64,000 nucleotides of DNA from Paecilomyces variotii (Eukaryota): NCBI GenBank assembly GCA_004022145.1, contig RCNU01000001.1; one strand, given 5' to 3'. Of this stretch, positions 25,519-37,352 are shown one piece after another. The notes below the pieces were generated by a model, which saw nothing but the letters and a program-made list of their open reading frames with translations, searched no databases and had not been told where the DNA came from. Within the stretch, counting starts at the first letter, position 1. Each line of letters begins with the position of its first letter. Made by a program: the position numbers and the translations under genes.

Positions 25519-26388
25519 ATGGGAAACAGACCTACGATACGCCTCATCCTGGTGGGCGCGATATTCGTGACGTTCATGATTTTCATGCTCTTCTGGCTGC
25601 CACAGGGTCCACCCAGCCCGGCGACGCGGGCGCCCGGTCACTTGGAGAAGTCGACACCGAATGTTGTAGTCAAGGACGAAATGCTCAAGGGGGAAGTGGT
25701 CATGCCGAAATTGGGGAACGAGACTGCCAAGTAAGAGATCTTCCAGAGGAAGGGGACATGATGCCAAGATGGGATTACAGGCTAATGGTGCTATTTCAAT
25801 ACTACAGGGCGGAGCTGGGTCGGGCGACTTGGAAATACTTCCATACCATGATGGCTCGGTATCCAGAAGATCCAACCGAGGAACAGCAGGAGACCTTACG
25901 CTCCTTCGTCTACTTGTTCTCCCGCCTCTACCCCTGGTACGTTGTTCTCTGATAACCCAAGCGCATCCGGCCGCGCCGCTGACTGTTCTATAGCGGCGAA
26001 TGCGCCTCTCACTTCCAGCAGCACTTGAAGAAATACCCTCCGCAGGTCTCCTCTCGGAACGCAGCCGCCGGCTGGGCATGCTTTATCCACAATGAGGTGA
26101 ACACGATGCTGGACAAACCTCAATTCGATTGCACCAAGATCGGCGACTTCTACGACTGTGGCTGCGCGGACGACGACGAAGTGGAGGAGAAAGGTGCGAA
26201 GACGACGGGTGAGAAATCGCATGCAGAACAAGCAACGACGAAGGCCAAGACCACAGGACATGACAAGGATGTGGATTGGGATGCCATGAACGCGGTGGCA
26301 ATCTCCAAGGAACCGTGAGCATATCCGGTCTCTTTCGCGCCGAGACTGGTAATACTGATTTTCAAGTAGGCCGATGCGGGGTGGATAA
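25519..26388 (+). CDS. ERV2: FAD-linked sulfhydryl oxidase Erv2, 4 exons
   Basis: N-terminal signal anchor, MPKLGNETAK|AELGRATWKYFHT, LYPCGECASHF across an intron, IHNEVN and the C-terminal YDCGC motif. Confidence 0.92.
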
Positions 26389-28253
26389 GGAACCACACCA
26401 GTTCACCATTTTCGAGGCGTTCCACATTGGGACTTTCTTTACTTTTTTCTTATCCAAATTCCGTCACCCTCTCGATTCTCTCTGGTTTCTTTCCGATACA
26501 GGTTCGTTCGATACGGGTATCGGGCTGGCCTCGAACACACCTCTCTCTCCTACATAGTGCCGGCTGGCCGGGAACTACCGAGTATTCCATCAGCGTCCTC
26601 CTGCGAGGCAACACGGAAACTTCAGGTCGCACCAAACCTGGTCGATATGGGATGACTCTTTTCCCACCGTTGGGACCCACATCGCTCCCGAATGCCGAAC
26701 CCCAAGTTCCCCTTCGGGTCGCAATGGGTGACATCTAGACCAGAGACGCTCAGTCGTCGCAGCCAAAATGGCATCATGGCCGGCCCAGGATGGAGACTTC
26801 TATGCTTTTATGGGGAACACCCGCATGCACCGGGCGATCCTGGATCCCATGACCCGCCAAAGACCGTTCATAAACCATGCGGGTGGCTGGTGAAGTTCTC
26901 GGGCGGATCTCACGACGTCCTGATGGTGCGGCCCGGGCTGGCCATAGCTAGGCGATTTCACAATCGCTCGACAGTTAGTTTAGCTTAGTATGGGAATGCG
27001 TACCCTCCATCAGCGGATTCTCGAGCGCTGCGTCTCCGTGCGCAATTTGCTCCATCTCTCTCTCCCTCTCTCTTTCTTTCTTTGCAGCCGACGAGGCGCG
27101 TCCTTTAGTCGTCTCATGTTGATTTCGTAGATATCACGGACCCCTTCTCCTGTTCTGAAGTCGCATAAGCATGGGCCATGTTCTCCTGCGCTCCCGGTTG
27201 ATAGTCGTGATCATGATTGGGGAGGAATGCGCCTGGTGCGCGTCGTTCCTCTTGTCCCCCTGGTGAAGGCCCGTATCAGATCATCATCCGCGGCCGCCCA
27301 CGAGACTGCGATCGGCCACCTGCAGGCACCCCATTGCCGGGCGCGATAGAGGTGGGATGTGGTTGGTGCTGGGGATGCGATACCCAGTGACCTTTGCGAC
27401 AGGCCTCCTGACATCCTCTGGTGCGACGGCGGCACCACACACTCGGGTTGGCCAGAAGATGATCCGTTGACGCATCCAAACCCTGTCGCCATGGAGGGGT
27501 TGTTAGGGGGGGAATGCGACAAGGCTGGGCGGCGCGTTCAGAGCTGATGGTAAACAAGAGCGACTCGACGGAGGGTTTTAATATCCTGCCCTGTTGCAAG
27601 CACGCGGTCGTCCCTGCGCTCCCTGTTCTCAGATCTGTTTCTTCTTTGCGTTATCATTTCTCGATAATATAGTTATCCAGACTTGATATGAATTAATGAG
27701 TTATTATTTACCTGTTCATCCCCCGCGATCAGCTTTCTAGCCATCCAGTTCATCCCAATTGTGGACTAGCGTCGGGGCCCGAAGCAGACTAGCGTGGATC
27801 TGGTTCTCTCTGTCTTTTTGCGCGCCCAAAAAAAAGATCGCGCGGAGCAGAAAAAAAAGAAGAGCAAAATAAGAAAAACAGTCGCAGAACAAAGACGAAA
27901 ACTGGAGAGAGATATTGGAGCACATTAAAGTAATCGCCAACAACGCAACCACCGTCATAGTCCCTCATCGTGGCCGTCGAGCTGGTTCCTGCAACTACTT
28001 GCTACCGCTATCCATCTCATCCTACCGCCTACGCAAAAGCTCCCGGCGCTCATCGCTCGTTCGCTGCCCTGTCTGTCTCATCGTCCCTACATTGGGCACT
28101 CAAGGTCCACGCTCGTCGCGCAGCCTTACAGGAGCCTTTTCAATCGTCCGAGTCACCGAGTCCCCGACCTCGGTGCCTGATAGTCCAACGTGGACAAAGG
28201 ATCCCTCAGGCCTCGAACTATCCACCACCCGCGTGGTCAACGGCCGTGCAGCC

Positions 28254-30485
28254 ATGGTGTCTTTCTCCTGCGAGGTGAGTTGGATACGGTCGAATCTCGT
28301 TCCTCTGCGCTCCAGCAGACGACCATAATACGACTATAGTCAATATTTAAATCAGGCTGACGGCGATTCATTGGTTTAGGCGTGCGGTGATGTGCTCACC
28401 AAGAAGAAGCTCGATCCGCATCGGGGGCAGTGTTATGGCGCTTCCTTCACCTGCATCGATTGCATGGTCCACTTCCAGGGAACGGATTACAGGTCGCACA
28501 CGGTACGACGATCTTTTCTTTCTTTTTTGGCTCTTGTCTTTTTACGTGGTGGTGCGGTGGGCATCGTGCGTATCCAGGGTCTTAGCTAGGCATCGAGACC
28601 CGATCGTGGTGATTGGCGCCATATCCAGAATCTTGCAGGTCATTATTGCAGATGCCCATATATTCATGGGCACGCGAGAACAATGACGGCAATGCTGATT
28701 TGGCATCCGCCACCGCCCGATGCCTGCAGGAAAGCTGATGGCGGTTTGATTGGGCTTTGATGGCCCAATGCCATCGGCGACCCTGACATACGCGCATGTC
28801 GATGTCTGATTTTCTGCTAGTTTCTCTCATCGATTGGATATAATGGCTCAGGGCTAACAGTGAGATCGATGCGCCTGCAGTCATGCATGACCGAAGCACA
28901 GAAATATCAAGGTGCCCTTTATAAAGAGAAGCCGACCAAGCAGCAGCGACAGAAAGGAAAAAACCAAGCGACCTCAAAGCAGATCGCCCGTTCCAACGCT
29001 CGACCTCCCTACGTCGAAGACGCTCCTGATGCAGACGAACCGATCAGTCAACATCCTCCTCCACCCGCACCGAGTCCTCCGCCTGCGGCTACCGGCCCGT
29101 CCAAATCAACAACGGTGGCTACCTCCGGAAACGCTGTCAACGTCTTTGACTTCCTAGTCACTGACGAGACGCCAAATGCTTCAAAGGTCTCTCTTGGTGG
29201 AACCAAAGCGCAGATGCAAATGGTGAACCACGCGCCCTCCCTGTTCGAACCCGGCAAGGCGCTGGCGCGATTGGATCAGGACGTCGATGATGAACATCGG
29301 GAGTATGATATTGCCTATGAGGAGAATGGATTCTCCTACGGCGCGGAACCAATTAAGCCTTCTCTGTACCCGAACCAGACATCGAACATATCCATGGAGT
29401 TCATGACTCCTGCGCCGAAGAAGAGCAAAGACCGCAAGAGCTCACGCAAGACCCGACAGGCTTCCCCAGAGGATGGACAGATCAACACCACCAGTGACAA
29501 GAAGCGGAAGCGTGGCAATACCGATGCTGCTAATGTCAACACTCCCCATGGGGAAGACACTCCGATGCTCGATGCCCCCTCCAGTGTCATCAACAATGCG
29601 GGCACTCCGGTACTGAACCACTCTGGGCTGACCGGAGGTCTTGATCGCATGCTTCGTTCAGATGCATCACCTACCCCCGACTACGAAGACTACAAAGATG
29701 AGCATGGCAATCGCCGTTTCCAGGAGCCTGTTTCTCCTCTTAGGCGCAGCCGTCGTGCTGATAAAGAAACCGCCAACGAGAATGGTCTGGGAATCTCCGT
29801 CAAGGGTAAAGCCGGACGGATTATGTCCATGTTCGGTGGCTCTGCCTTGTCCGGCAGCAGCGGCAGCTCAAACGAGCCTCCATCCAAGGCGCTCGTCCGC
29901 ACTCGCCGGCGGAGCTCATCTGAAGAAGAGGAAGGCTCTCGATCCCTGGCCAAGGTGCACAAATCCAAGAAGACTCACCGTGTGCGTAATGCATCCGACG
30001 GTCACGTTATTTCTGAGCCGCGCAAGTCGAAACGTAAGACGAGTGTGCAAATCAACGGCGATGGCCATTACGAGCTCTCCCGCCCCTCCCGCCGAGTCAA
30101 GATGATCGATTACCATAAGGACTCTGATCGCTCCCGTTCTCGCTCTCCCCGTGGCGAAGGTCGCTCTCATGGAGAGAACGACCGCCGGATGGTCGTCTAC
30201 CGACACTCAAAGACCTCTGATGATGAACTTCTGCGCGAGAAGGCCCGCCACTTCCTTTCTCTAGTAAACAAGGGACCTGAAAGTGAGAGAGGGTGTTCTG
30301 TCCACAAAGCGCTGAAGAGATTCCACCGCGACTTCCCCTCGCTCGCAGGATCTGAGGACGGCGACAGCGCACGAGGACGGGGCCGTGGACGCAGCCGAGA
30401 CCGTAAGGCTGAAGATGAGAGGGAACTGTTCCGCACATTGCGACTGAAGAGAAACGACAGAGGCGAGATTGTTGTCTTCTTCTAA
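28254..30485 (+). CDS. LYAR-type C2HC zinc-finger nucleolar protein, 3 exons (last exon 28881-30485)
   Basis: Spliced N-terminus MVSFSCE|ACGDVLTKKKLDPHRGQCYGASFTCIDCMVHFQGTDYRSHT|SCMTEAQKYQG is the LYAR zinc-finger pattern, followed by a basic low-complexity body. Confidence 0.9.
28561..28810 (+). ncRNA. Candidate structured intronic RNA element in LYAR intron 2 (possible C/D-like snoRNA or cis-regulatory fold)
   Basis: Several complementary segments found by eye, including a closing helix of about 20 bp (28561-28581 with 28779-28799); see findings. Confidence 0.5.
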
Positions 30486-31444
30486 GCGATCTACCATGTC
30501 TCGACTGATTGTAGCTCTTAAAAAAAAGCCAGTGGTTATGTCTAAAAAGCAGGCGTTGGACACGTGCTATAAAAGACTAGGAGGAGCTTGGAGTGTCTAG
30601 TATCGGCTTACTTTTCCATGTCATGCGATTACGAGTTGAGTTTGCATGCCTTGGTGTTCTGTTTCTATGTCTATGTTGTGACCCTGGTTACCCTTTTGCA
30701 TATTGTATAGGTTGTCATATTCCCCAGCTCAGCATTGCATATTATGATTCAATCCTCATGTTCATCGCTCATAGGCTGTTGTCTTTGCAACTCGTCTTCG
30801 GTGTTTTCAAGTATGTGTATTAATGATGGTAACTGCAGTTTTATATATACTGCTGAACGTGATGATGATACTACGAAATGATTCTTCTGGTCGTACCTAG
30901 GCGCCTCAAGATAACCATGCAAGTGATCTGTCATATCGCATTTAACAGTAGTCTCTTTGGAGGTTACACCGTCAACATTACAGGACCTCCAGGTCTTGTC
31001 TTTTTGATTAATACATGAGATTTCTGTGACGATCTAGGATCACGGAAGCAAAGATTCTGAGAAAGCATATGAAAAGGAGATGATCTCTGGATTGCTTGGA
31101 GAACTAATTGACACCGAAATCTACCAGCTATTTATGCCCAACGACTCTATCCAAATGCCTCGGCTATTCTGAGCTGAGCTGAACATCTAATTAAACTGAT
31201 CCATGGTTCTTCTCCCGTCTTTATTGATTCTATGCAGGTCGATGCAGGTGGCATCCCGTTGCAGCTGCTATCCGGTTTGTATAGGTGACACAGCAGCGGA
31301 ACTCAGCAGGTTTGCAGCTCGCCCCCTGTAGGAGCCGCGGGATCTGACAATTTCTCCACCTTCACGCTCCCTATGGATCCTAGATACAGGGAAGCAGGTA
31401 GATATCTGTCTGCTAGATCGTTGAAAATAACCGTTTTGCCTGTC

Positions 31445-34400
31445 TTACGGGATCTCCCTTGACAGCAGGAGTTGTACGATCTCCCTATATCCACCCGGAT
31501 AAGCTGTATCCATGTAATCCATATCTGCCTCTTTTTCCAACAGCATTTCAACAACATCATGAAGTCCCGTCATAGCGGCAATCAACAGGACATTAATGTA
31601 ATTTTCGCCACTAAGTCCAGCACCGCTCTCTGCCAGCATTCGTACTATATCCCCGCCCTCCTCAATATATGCAACCTGCGAACCATGAGAACAACCTGCA
31701 TTTCCCAATAATATTTCCGCGATTTTCGCGCGTCCTCTTTTGACAGCACCAGGCAAGGGATCTCCACGAAATGGATTCACCCCATTAATATGGGATATCT
31801 TTTGCAATAGGAGGTGTATGACCTTCTCATGTCCTCTTATGCAAGCAGCATGTATAGGACTCCAGTATAGCGCGGTGTTGGGACCTAAGTATTCGACATC
31901 GGCTCCTTTCGACAGAAGCAGACTAACAGTATCGTCATGTCCATTTGCTGAGGCATATATCAATGCAGTTGTGCCGGTGTCATCTGGTCCACCTATACCG
32001 CTAGTAGATTCGGTAACCAGTCTCTCGAGAATGTTACTATGTCCATTTAAAGCTGCCAGGTGAATTGCGCTCATTTTAGGGGATTCTTTGAGCTTTCCAT
32101 GGGGCATGTTTGCATGCCAGAATAAAGGATACCAAAGTTGAAATCGGGATGCTGTGGTGTCGTATAATTTGTATAGTAGATCAACCAGTGTTGACCCTGA
32201 TAGAGTCGACGCATTCCGAACGTGATCAGCCCAGTTCTCTGCCGCGTATCGAAGGAAACTGTGAGCGTTGGGCTCTTGTTGAGATCTAGAATCTTCTATG
32301 TCATCCATCAATAGATATCGGACACAGATCTCTGCCATTTGACTCTCGGCATCGTCCAAAGAGAAGTGATATGGAGAGCTGGCTGTAGGCTGATTGTAAA
32401 GGAGAAATTCCCTAGCAGTCTGGTGAATCAGATATACCTTCTTATCTGCTATATAGACAAACAGGCCACACAGGTGCCGTATCTTTTTGTCTAGCCCTTG
32501 CAGATCTAACCGAGCCTCATTTGCAGCTTGTGAGTCGGATGAGATAGCTATACCCAAGGCCATAGCCATCTCCTCCAAGGTCAGGGGACGCCGCGCAGCA
32601 ACTATTATTTGCAAAATCTTCCGTGCCGTTTGTTCCTGGCCATCTGGCACTCGGCTGAGAATCATTTCATATGCTGTATTCACCGAGGCAGGAATTAGCC
32701 GAATTGGCACCTTGTCTGGCCGAAGGCTATTTCGGAAAGTAGCGCAAATGTCGTCCATAGCTGAGCATAGCCACAGATATGTCCGGTGTTCCATTCCAAG
32801 GAGCCGTTTCTCAATACTTTGTGCCACATCGTGTCGCAGAGATAATGTCGTGGCCAATTCTTCCACCCTTAATTTTATCACGAGATTGATTTCGTGATGG
32901 ATCTGGTCGTTCTCCATCTCACCACGAAGGTGGATATCAGGGAAAGCAATCGTTACAGATCGGAAGCTTTCTAGGATCCTATCGTATGGGCGAGTGGTAA
33001 CCAGGAATTTTAGTTGCAATTCTTGGGGCGAGGAAGCGGCACTATGGTAGAAGTCCTTGAGCTTTTGAATTAGGCGACTTTGATCAGCGTTATGGCATTC
33101 ATCAAGCGCATCGAACACGCAGATGATAGCGCCGGAACATGCTGGATCAGATGTCGCCTCGAGAAGTATGCGCCAGAGTTGATCGACTTCTTGTTGGATT
33201 CTAGTCCCGTTTTTCTTCCAATACGGCAAAGCATGCCGCAGTAGCTCCGGCTGTTGTTCGAACAGCTGATGGAGGACAGCACATAGCGCACTGGAAAGGT
33301 TGTTTTGTTTATCGTTATCCTTGAAGAAGAAGTAACAAACAGATACCGTCGACTCTGAACGCTTGAAGTCATCCTCGATCAACGACCTGGCCAGAACTGA
33401 CTTTCCGCAACCGGGATCAGCTGATATCAATAGGAGATCATTGCATTTACTCCCAAGCCAACGAAGATATCGTTCGTCCTTCAACACCCATTGGCACGTT
33501 CCTTCTACTCGGTCAGGATTGATGTTCTTGAACTGTTCATATGCTGATGTCTTGAACGCTTGGTGACAGCGCTGTTGTTGCTCTGCCAAATGAACCGATA
33601 TGTACTCGCGATGGTGATGTTTTAATTGATCAAACATTCTTTCCAGCTCACCTTGCATACTTTCGAGCTCACTTACCATTTCTGCAGCCAGAGTTTAGTT
33701 TGGTATAAGCCACATCATTGTTTGATATTGGATCTTCAGACTACTCAACCAAAAGGAAATTGTTCCCTCTGGTCATCCTGGATCCTGGATCTAACATTTG
33801 ATATAGTATCGACGGGGAATTGACTTACTGCACACCTCCTGCGCTGAATTATGACCGGAAACTTGTCCCCGCGGCATATATCCAAGCAGTTCTTTCGCAT
33901 ATGCAGCGGCTGCCAGCGCAGCATAGCCTTGCCAATGTGTATTCTTGTGCTCATCGGCATAATCGCAGATCCCGCAGATAACTAGACAAGGAAAGGCGCG
34001 CATTACACCTGCTGCTTGCGTTTCAACGCATAGTGCGCGAGTCTCTTGACGCAGCTGCTCCCTTGTCGACCCACGCTTTATATCAGCATCCCCCGATGCG
34101 ATGATCCCATAATGTGGTAGCGGATCGTTCTCCCCGCGTTCAGGCCTTATCTCCTCCCGTTCTACTGAAGACCAATTACAGTCAGTAGCGGAAGCAGGAT
34201 GATCGTTATTTATTTTGAATAACCGATCACTTCGTGGTTCAGGACGATTGAAAATCTTTCGTAGTTGTTCAGTTCTGTTGATCGTCTTTTCCATGTACCC
34301 CGGATAACGAGGATCATCAGTCAACATCACCCCCCTCATACTGCTAACTGCAGTCAATAAAGCTGGTGGAGGGCTATTTAGACTTCCTTTTCTGCAGAAC

Positions 34401-34804
34401 CCCCGACCTGCTTCGAGCTTCCCTATATCGTACTGAAGGACGCCACCACAAGTGTCCTCGGGATAACTGACAACAATGTCACCAAGCCGTATATCATGTG
34501 TTGCTGATGGAATTCCTCCGCCGACTCCAACAACCAACCCGACCCTTAGTGACATGGAAAATGTCCGGACCATGTTATTTGCGACCGTGGCAGCCGAACT
34601 TATCCCATACCGCCCGTGTGGCAGACAAGCAATGACAACATAGTGTACACCAATCTTTCCCAGGGTGTATGAATTCGTATCTGCGCTATCCTGCTCCTGG
34701 AGGGTGCCGAAGTTCTCATCGAGCATCTCAGTTGCCGCCGCCATTTCAATAGGGAGGGCACATATCCAACCGATTTGAAACTCTTCTAGTGCGGGGCAAG
34801 GCAT
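31445..34804 (-). CDS. Fungal NLR-like protein: PNP_UDP_1 domain - NACHT (NPHP3-like) - ankyrin repeats; exons 34804-33829 and 33681-31445
   Basis: PNP: IGWICALPIE, GLVVGVGGG, DIRLGDIVVS, GICDYAD. Walker A ADPGCGKS; Walker B ICVFDALDEC; KFLVTTRPY; LIHQTAREFL. Ankyrins TALIYASANGHDDTVSLLLSKGAD and PIHAACIRGHEKVIHLLL. A GTAAGT...CAG intron joins the two ORFs in frame. Confidence 0.88.
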
Positions 34805-35551
34805 GGTTATCGTATCTATTCGGAAATATCTCGTGGTTTTATTAAGCAAACCAAATACTCTAGCTGGACAAAAATTGACTAGGTCAAAATGAATGAAGAA
34901 AATAAAACAAGTTACATGTATTGGAACAGGAATTGGAGAACAGAAGGGGTTTTATCATGTGTAGCTACTTGGACGAGAGGCGTTTAAATGAGCTAGGCTA
35001 GAATCTGATTGTCTGGGGACCGCCTCGACAAAATGATACAAGGTATGCTATACGGCATTCGTGCATGCAACAAGGGCTTGAGAGCAAGCAAATGAACCTG
35101 GAGATACGCAACTCCTGTCTATTATTGGTTGAACTTCGAGAAATAGCCGCCCTGCTCAGCCGTGGCTACGCCCGAAAGTCCATGCAGCGTTGATAGGCCG
35201 CCTCACGCCAACTGAGAGCGACTGCGCCCAATGTTTGGCGCTAAGTCAAATATCCATGTTGTCGAGAGGTGGTTGTCTTTAGGCCAAGGCTGGAGAAAAT
35301 AGCGGCGCTGGCCATTTATACCGTAAGCTATGGTCTCCAAAGCTTGAGCTGTACTCACGGGGCAGTGCAGCAATAGTTGCATATCGAAGGCGGTTAGACA
35401 CGAGGCTAACTAGCTAGTATTTAGTGCCAGCACACCGTTTCTCTCGAAGATGTCCTGAAAGCGCATAAGTTGGAAGCCCAGGATCTTCGCATTTCCATAC
35501 CTCCGGGGAAGGCGATTCAACGTTTTCTATGCTCTAACATGCCCGGTAAAC

Positions 35552-37199
35552 ATGTCGGGCGACTTGAATGGCGTACTATCGAAGACCCAAGTCGAGTCCT
35601 CAATATGGAACTCCCAATGTCAATGCAGCGACCGTACTATGAAATATCGACGACACGGTAGTGATATAATCTAAAAGTCCCATTCACTTATCTATCCACC
35701 ATCCTAATCACGTCTCAGGGAATGATAACTGGGAAGAACACACTTCCACTCTATGTAATGCGATCCGGGTAAGTCTGTGCCTAAGCGGATGCTCTGCAAG
35801 CTATTAACAGATAGCAACAGGTTGTACAATCATACTCCAGCGCCGTGGTGTGAGTTTCCCGCCTCGTGGGGAGCTGCGATCAAGTTGACTGACAATAATT
35901 CTAGATTCGGGTCCTCGAAAGAAATCAAAACCTGCAAAGAGTTGGAAGGTAGTTCTTTCTTTTGCAAAGGATTCTGGCCAGTCATACTCGACGATCTGAA
36001 TGGATCTTTTAACTGCAAATACGAAGTGGATGAAGAAGGTGATGTGACAAAACACAGTTAGTGACCCTATTCTTTGCAATAGCTACGGCTCGTTCTTATG
36101 GACTGCAGTTTCCTGGAGCTGTTTCAAAATCAAAGAAGTCCAGAAAGCTGGTACATTATCGGAAGTCTGTTATGATTGGTCCCAAGTTGCAGTTCTTGTC
36201 CAGTTTGAGCCAGCAACAGGCCGCCAGACGGTCTTCTTCCTTGATCTTCCAGCAGACCGAGAATCTCAACTACGCGAATCGATAGACTCCACTTTTGAGG
36301 GCAACCCTTATATATGGCACGCTCTTTTCATGGAACAGGCCAAGGAATTGTATGATAAGGCTATCTGGTCCGTACGACATCTTGTACGGGACGTAGAAAA
36401 GGTCCGTGTCACTTACTGTTTCGACTACTAGTGGTGCTAAACCTGAAATTCGCAGGGACGGAACAGGAAACCTCCGATTGTGCTTGATTTCCCGGACCTA
36501 CATGATATTGCAAGGCATATTTCTCACGTAAACGAAATTCTGCAAGTGGCAGAACACACAGCACAGCGCATTGTGCATGAACAAGCCACCTGGATCACCT
36601 GGAGGGAAAAAACAGATGTATCCCAGAGAGATCGCATGCGCTGGATCCAAAACCAGCAAGATCTCCTCTTCTTCACGAAGGAAATCCATTGTCTGAAGAC
36701 TAGGTCACGATCTTTAGCTGAACGTATGCAAAACGAGATCAATCTGGTAAGTAAAAGAAAAAGAAAAAGCCTATTTTGTTCCCTATCCCTGTAACTGACT
36801 TCAGGCTAGGCATTCAATCTGGTCTCGCGGGACATGGGAAAAAGCGCCCAAGGTGATAATGCAATCATGAAAACGATTGCACTTGCGAGCTTCATTTATC
36901 TCCCAGGGACATTTGTTTCTGTAAGTTTTAGTATGCCACTGCTTATATGAAATCTCTGCTCATAGTATCAGGGTCTTTTCGGTTCAAACTTCTTCAATTT
37001 AGATAGTTCAAATAGCCAAACGATATGGACTGTTTCGAACAACTTTTGGCTATACTGGGCTATTACGATTCCTTTAACGTTTGGCACGGTGATGATATGG
37101 ATAATATGGCATTATGTACCAGGTGTGAACAACTCAGTAAGGCGCATTTGGCGTCGGACAACCTTCAATTCGAACACGGATACCCCAGACATGTCATGA
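35552..37199 (+). CDS. CorA-like (helical bundle plus 2 C-terminal TM) membrane protein, about 8 exons; start codon uncertain
   Basis: Manual splicing gives an open frame including FWPVILDDLNGSF, ISWSCFKIK, NPYIWHALFME..LYDKAIWSVRHLVRDVEK, DFPDLHDIARH, RMQNEINL|AFNLV, MKTIALASFIYLPGTFVS|GLFGSNFF and FWLYWAITIPLT. The TM1-G(M/S)N-TM2 layout is CorA-like. Confidence 0.75.
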
Positions 37200-37330
37200 T
37201 GTCCTTGGCATAAACGCACAGCGGCTGTTGAAGAAGTCGCTATTCCATTATGTTTGCATGGCTGTTTTAGATCTTGTCATGGCATGTTTTGTCTCTGGTA
37301 CGTGGGTTAAGATGATAAGTAATTTTGCTA

Positions 37331-37352
37331 ATATATATATATATATATATAT
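37331..37352. repeat. (AT)11 microsatellite
   Basis: Read directly. Confidence 0.9.

Noticed and set aside
26400-28200. Possible telomerase RNA locus in the long intergenic region
   Set aside because: No TAACCCTAA-type template was found on either strand.
28561-28810. TPP riboswitch, RNase P/MRP or U14 identity for the structured intron
   Set aside because: The hallmark conserved sequences of those RNAs were not found; the element is left unassigned.
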